Assembly (NCBI GenBank): GCA_010093995.1
Contig: ML992504.1
Location: 1-64,000, forward strand
Direction: 5' to 3'
Source of the DNA: Elsinoe ampelina
Taxonomy: Eukaryota
DNA length: 64,000 bases
Below, one piece after another: positions 60,434-64,000 of this stretch. The position numbers and the translations under genes were made by a program. Each line of letters starts with the position of its first letter. Position 1 is the first letter of the stretch. The notes under the pieces are model-generated. The model was not told where the DNA came from and made no database searches. It saw only the letters and a program-made list of their open reading frames with translations.

Positions 60434-61043
60434 ATGACTACGATCCGCCTCCCATCCCCGCGGACAGCTTGGTTCCGATTTTCCTCGCTGGCGACCTCTC
60501 GAGTCCTCCCAGCAGCGCCTTGTAGTCTCCACAGAAGGACCATGGCTTCTGCTTCAACACCATTGGACACGGGCATCTCGATCTCAGCAGGATACGACGA
60601 AGACGAGGTCAAGCAAGCGGCAGCAGACCTCACTTCCAGTGAGAGCAGAGAAGCTCGACGATGGCATGTTACGTCCGATGGCAAAGGCCTGGAGAGGGTG
60701 ATTCGGTTCAAGACGTTCAAGGCAACCTGGGTAAGCCCCTTCTCACCCCCCCGGAGCTCGCATACTGATTTGCTAGGACTTTATGAACTCGGTAGCAGGG
60801 GCTTGCAAAGAGGCAAAGCATCATCCAGAATGGACGAATATTTACAACAAGACGCACATCATCTGGACCACGCATAGTCCGCCTGGCTTGTCGACCAAAG
60901 ACACTTCACTGGCGAGATTCTGTGACGAAGCAGCGACCAAGCATGGGGAGCTAGAGCCTACGCCTGAGCAGCAAAAGGAAGACGAGATGCTCTTCCGCAG
61001 CAAGAAGATGGAAGCACCAGACTGCTGCACACCAAAGACATGA
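60434..61043 (+). CDS. Pterin-4a-carbinolamine dehydratase family protein, likely mitochondrial; intron 60731-60776
   Basis: Presequence-like N-terminus; GLERVIRFKTFKATW|DFMNSVA; KHHPEWTNIYNKTHIIWTTHSPPGLSTKD. Confidence 0.9.
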
Positions 61044-61189
61044 TCATGACCGAAAACCTGTGCCGTCAAAGTGACAGATCTGTGCGACCTGTGATGCTCG
61101 AATTTCGCTAGTCTGCAGAATGATTCCTTCCCATCCGTGACCGTGAAACCCCTTTTCCGACAACAAATGACCCCGGAGAACGACAGCGT

Positions 61190-62015
61190 CTATTTCTTCG
61201 CAGTCGCCTCCTCGGCCTTTGCCTTTGCCCTCTTCTCCCTGACACCGACCAGCCTGGCGTCTGACCTGGCGGCGCGGAGCTTCTTGTACGCAGCCTCCTC
61301 GCCGGGGTAATCCGACACCTTGCCCTCGACAATCTTGGCCTTGTTGGTGATGGGCAGGACCGAGCTGACCGACTTGACACCACCCTCCTTGGCCGACTTG
61401 ACCTCCTCGGCTGATGCGTCGCCCTTCTTGGGGGCCTTGGTCTTCCGGGGGAAGAGGATGAGCTTGGACTTGTAGGCCTTCAGGCGCTCGACGTTGGCGG
61501 CGAGGGACTCCTCGCTGATGTTCTGACGGCGCGGATCGACCGAGATGCCGATGGTGGCTGCGAGCTTGCGAGGAATGCCAGCGGCCTAGTTTGTGATCAG
61601 CCTCTGAATACCAGTGTGTCCCAACTCATTCTTTCTCACCTTGAGCTCAGCAAAGGTGAAGCCACGGCCAGCGCGCACACGACGGTTGTACTTGATGGTC
61701 GGGCAGCGGACGACTGGCCTCAGCTTGTCAACGGGACGGGGCGCGACCTTTGCGGCCTTTGCCTGGCGGGCATTGCGACGAGACTTCTTCTTGCCAGCCT
61801 ATTGATGATATTGTCAGGACGGTTGTTCGCTTCGCACTCGCAGGCGCCACTGCTCTCATGGCGTTGAGAGGGGATTTACCTGGTCAAAGTGCACGCGGAC
61901 ATAGCGTTGCCAGTCCTTGCGGAAATCTGTCTCAATGTCAGCCTGAGGAGTGGTGCGACGAGAGTCTTTGTATCGTACGGTTGTGAGGAATCTGCTGGTT
62001 GTGCTTGATCGCCAT
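61190..62015 (-). CDS. RPL13: 60S ribosomal protein eL13; three introns
   Basis: [67 protein letters not shown]. Confidence 0.97.
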
Positions 62016-62302
62016 TGTGCCGGTGGGTGATCAATCGCAGATGTTGACTTGACTGTCTTGATAGAATCGTAAATTTCGGCGAAGCATGAGATGAAATTCG
62101 CTCGGTGGTGGAGAAGCGCACTAGTCTCTTTTCGGTGTGTTTAGCGAGGACATGCCCGCCGCAACTTCTGCTTCTGACGGCCCAGCAGCTTCGATTGACA
62201 AATTTCAAATCAACCATAATACCGCCCCGACCTTCCTCTCACTGAACCCCGTAGACATTCTCACTGAACTGGTCAATCTAAAATCAAGGACCGGTGGCCA
62301 CG

Positions 62303-63451
62303 ATGCCGAAACAGGACCTCAACCGCTCAGGATGGGAGTCGACCGACATGCCCAGCGTTTGCGAACGCTGTCTACCTGACAATCCCTACGTTCAAATGCT
62401 CAAGGAGGACTATGGCGCCGAATGTAAGATCTGCACACGACCTTTCACGGTCTTCAAATGGAAAGCAGACAGGACTGCACGACAAAAACGTACCAACATC
62501 TGCCTCACATGCGCGCGGCTCAAGAACTGCTGCCAGCACTGCATGCTTGATCTCAGCTTCGGTCTACCAATCGTGGTGAGAGATGCGGCTCTCAAGATGG
62601 TAGCACCCGGCCCCAACAGCACGATCAATCGGGAATACTATGCTCAAGAGCACGAGAAGGAGATCGAGGAAGGTAGAGGAGCAGTTGAGGCATATGGGAA
62701 GACGGATGAGAAGGCGCGAGACCTCTTGCGGAGGTTGGCGCAAAGCGAGCCATACTACAAGAAGCAGAGGCGGTTAGAAGAGGAGGCAGGAGAGGGTAGT
62801 TCGGGTGGTCAAAGGCTACTTGAATCTTCAGAAACGACCAAATCCGCCTACAACCAGCCTGGGCCCGCGAGGTCGTCCGATTCGAGACCCAAAGGCGCAA
62901 TGGCAGCAAAGGCAGCACAAGGTAGCAGACCATCCGGAAAGAGCAGAGGCTTCCCTGCCCTGCCGCCACAGCCTCAAGACATCCTCCCACCCATGGATCC
63001 AAACGTCACCTCCCTCTTCGTAACCGGCGTCGAGGACGACCTCCCCCAACACGATATTCAGACCCACTTCGCACAATACGGCCAGCTCCGATCCGTCGTC
63101 TGCTCACATCGGTCCCATTGCGCCTTCATCAACTACATGACTCGCGAGGGTGCTGAGAAGGCGGCGGCGACGTGCGCAGGTCGGGCTGTGGTAAAAGGCG
63201 TGCCATTGAGAGTGCAGTGGGGAAAGCCGAAGACGTTGGACAGCCTTGACCAGGATACCAGAATGGCTCACGCGAGGGCCGGTAGAGATACAGCAGCTGC
63301 CATCAAGTCATCAGCGGGCAGACAAGCCAAGGCCATTGGAGCACCAGGGAAAGGTGGCAGGTCGAACAAGGATGATCTGGACAGCCTCGCTGCTGTGGCA
63401 CCGCCACCTGGAGCCGATGATGTTCAGTATGCTAGTTTGGCCGGTGATTGA
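62303..63451 (+). CDS. SLT11: Pre-mRNA splicing factor Slt11/Ecm2 (RBM22 family)
   Basis: WESTDMPSVCERCLPDNPYVQM, ECKICTRPFTVFKW, ICLTCARLKNCCQHCMLDL; RRM TSLFVTGV..CAFINY..LRVQWGKP. Confidence 0.95.
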   Translation: MPKQDLNRSGWESTDMPSVCERCLPDNPYVQMLKEDYGAECKICTRPFTVFKWKADRTARQKRTNICLTCARLKNCCQHCMLDLSFGLPIVVRDAALKMVAPGPNSTINREYYAQEHEKEIEEGRGAVEAYGKTDEKARDLLRRLAQSEPYYKKQRRLEEEAGEGSSGGQRLLESSETTKSAYNQPGPARSSDSRPKGAMAAKAAQGSRPSGKSRGFPALPPQPQDILPPMDPNVTSLFVTGVEDDLPQHDIQTHFAQYGQLRSVVCSHRSHCAFINYMTREGAEKAAATCAGRAVVKGVPLRVQWGKPKTLDSLDQDTRMAHARAGRDTAAAIKSSAGRQAKAIGAPGKGGRSNKDDLDSLAAVAPPPGADDVQYASLAGD

Positions 63452-63563
63452 AGTCGAGAATTGAGGGATTTTGATATTAGCGTGGCGTTGGGATGGACAT
63501 GCTCGCTGTCATCGAGCCAGAATGCATAAAGGGATAGGATGGTCCATGGTTCCAGGCCAGAAT

Positions 63564-64000
63564 CTATTTTTGGAACTTCTTTGCCGTGTTCTTGAATCGC
63601 TCCTGCTCTGCTGTCTTGGGTTGCTTGATTGATTCGTTGTCGCCCCGTTCCGTCGAATCACGGATATTCAGCTCTAGGTGTCATTAGTGACGTGACGAAT
63701 AGACGAAAGGTGGAAGCGACCTACTGTAATGATTCGGAGCCCCCCGTGCACCTTCACCTTGGACGACATTCTCTCGCAAGATCTGAGCGACAGCAAGGGC
63801 ATGCTCAATAGCTTCCTCCTCGACTACCGAACCATGCTTCTTGGTGTCTCGATCTGCTCGGAACTGCTTACGAGCCTCCTCACGGGCCTTGAATGCCATG
63901 ATCTTATCACCTTTACTATGTCAGTGGTAGCTGTGGCAAATGAATGGTAGTCACTTTACCTTTGAAGGTCTCCCTGATAGCACGCATCACCTCTCGGTAC
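63564..64000 (-). CDS. MZM1: LYR-motif protein Mzm1/LYRM7-like, 5' end outside the window; two introns
   Basis: YREVMRAIRETFK|GDKIM..AREEARKQF; IEHALAVAQILRENVVQG; last exon LNIRDSTERGDNESIK ending at TAG 63564. Confidence 0.82.

Overview
This is the left end of a filamentous ascomycete (Pezizomycotina; gene content and style suggest a plant-associated Dothideomycete, which is inference) chromosome. A (CCCTAA)n telomere at 1-95 is followed by about 12 kb of RIP-ravaged AT-rich subtelomere with minisatellites, an internal duplication, ORF relics and one assembly gap. Next comes an accessory-looking block (12.5-39.8 kb) rich in plant cell-wall and cuticle enzymes: GH28 exo-polygalacturonase, CBM1-GH6 cellobiohydrolase, a sugar porter, CBM1-PL3 and PL1 pectate lyases, cutinase, a lipase/esterase and a secreted protein with two CBM1-like modules. 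Interleaved with these are prokaryote-like genes: a Thg1-like 3'-5' polymerase (TLP), a persulfide-dioxygenase-type MBL hydrolase next to an AMID-like flavoprotein, and a divergent pair encoding the two halves of the plant antiviral protein Tm-1 (UPF0261 + TIM barrel). A complete, RIP-killed PIF/Harbinger-type transposon (13-bp TIRs, ATT TSD) lies between cutinase and lipase. From 41 kb on the region is core genome (SFL1-like HSF, ARP9, IMPase, LRR protein, ERG6, PDB1, PCBD, RPL13, SLT11, MZM1). It is interrupted by a PNP_UDP-NB-ARC-TPR NLR gene broken by a single in-frame TGA. All calls come from reading motifs by eye; no database searches were run.
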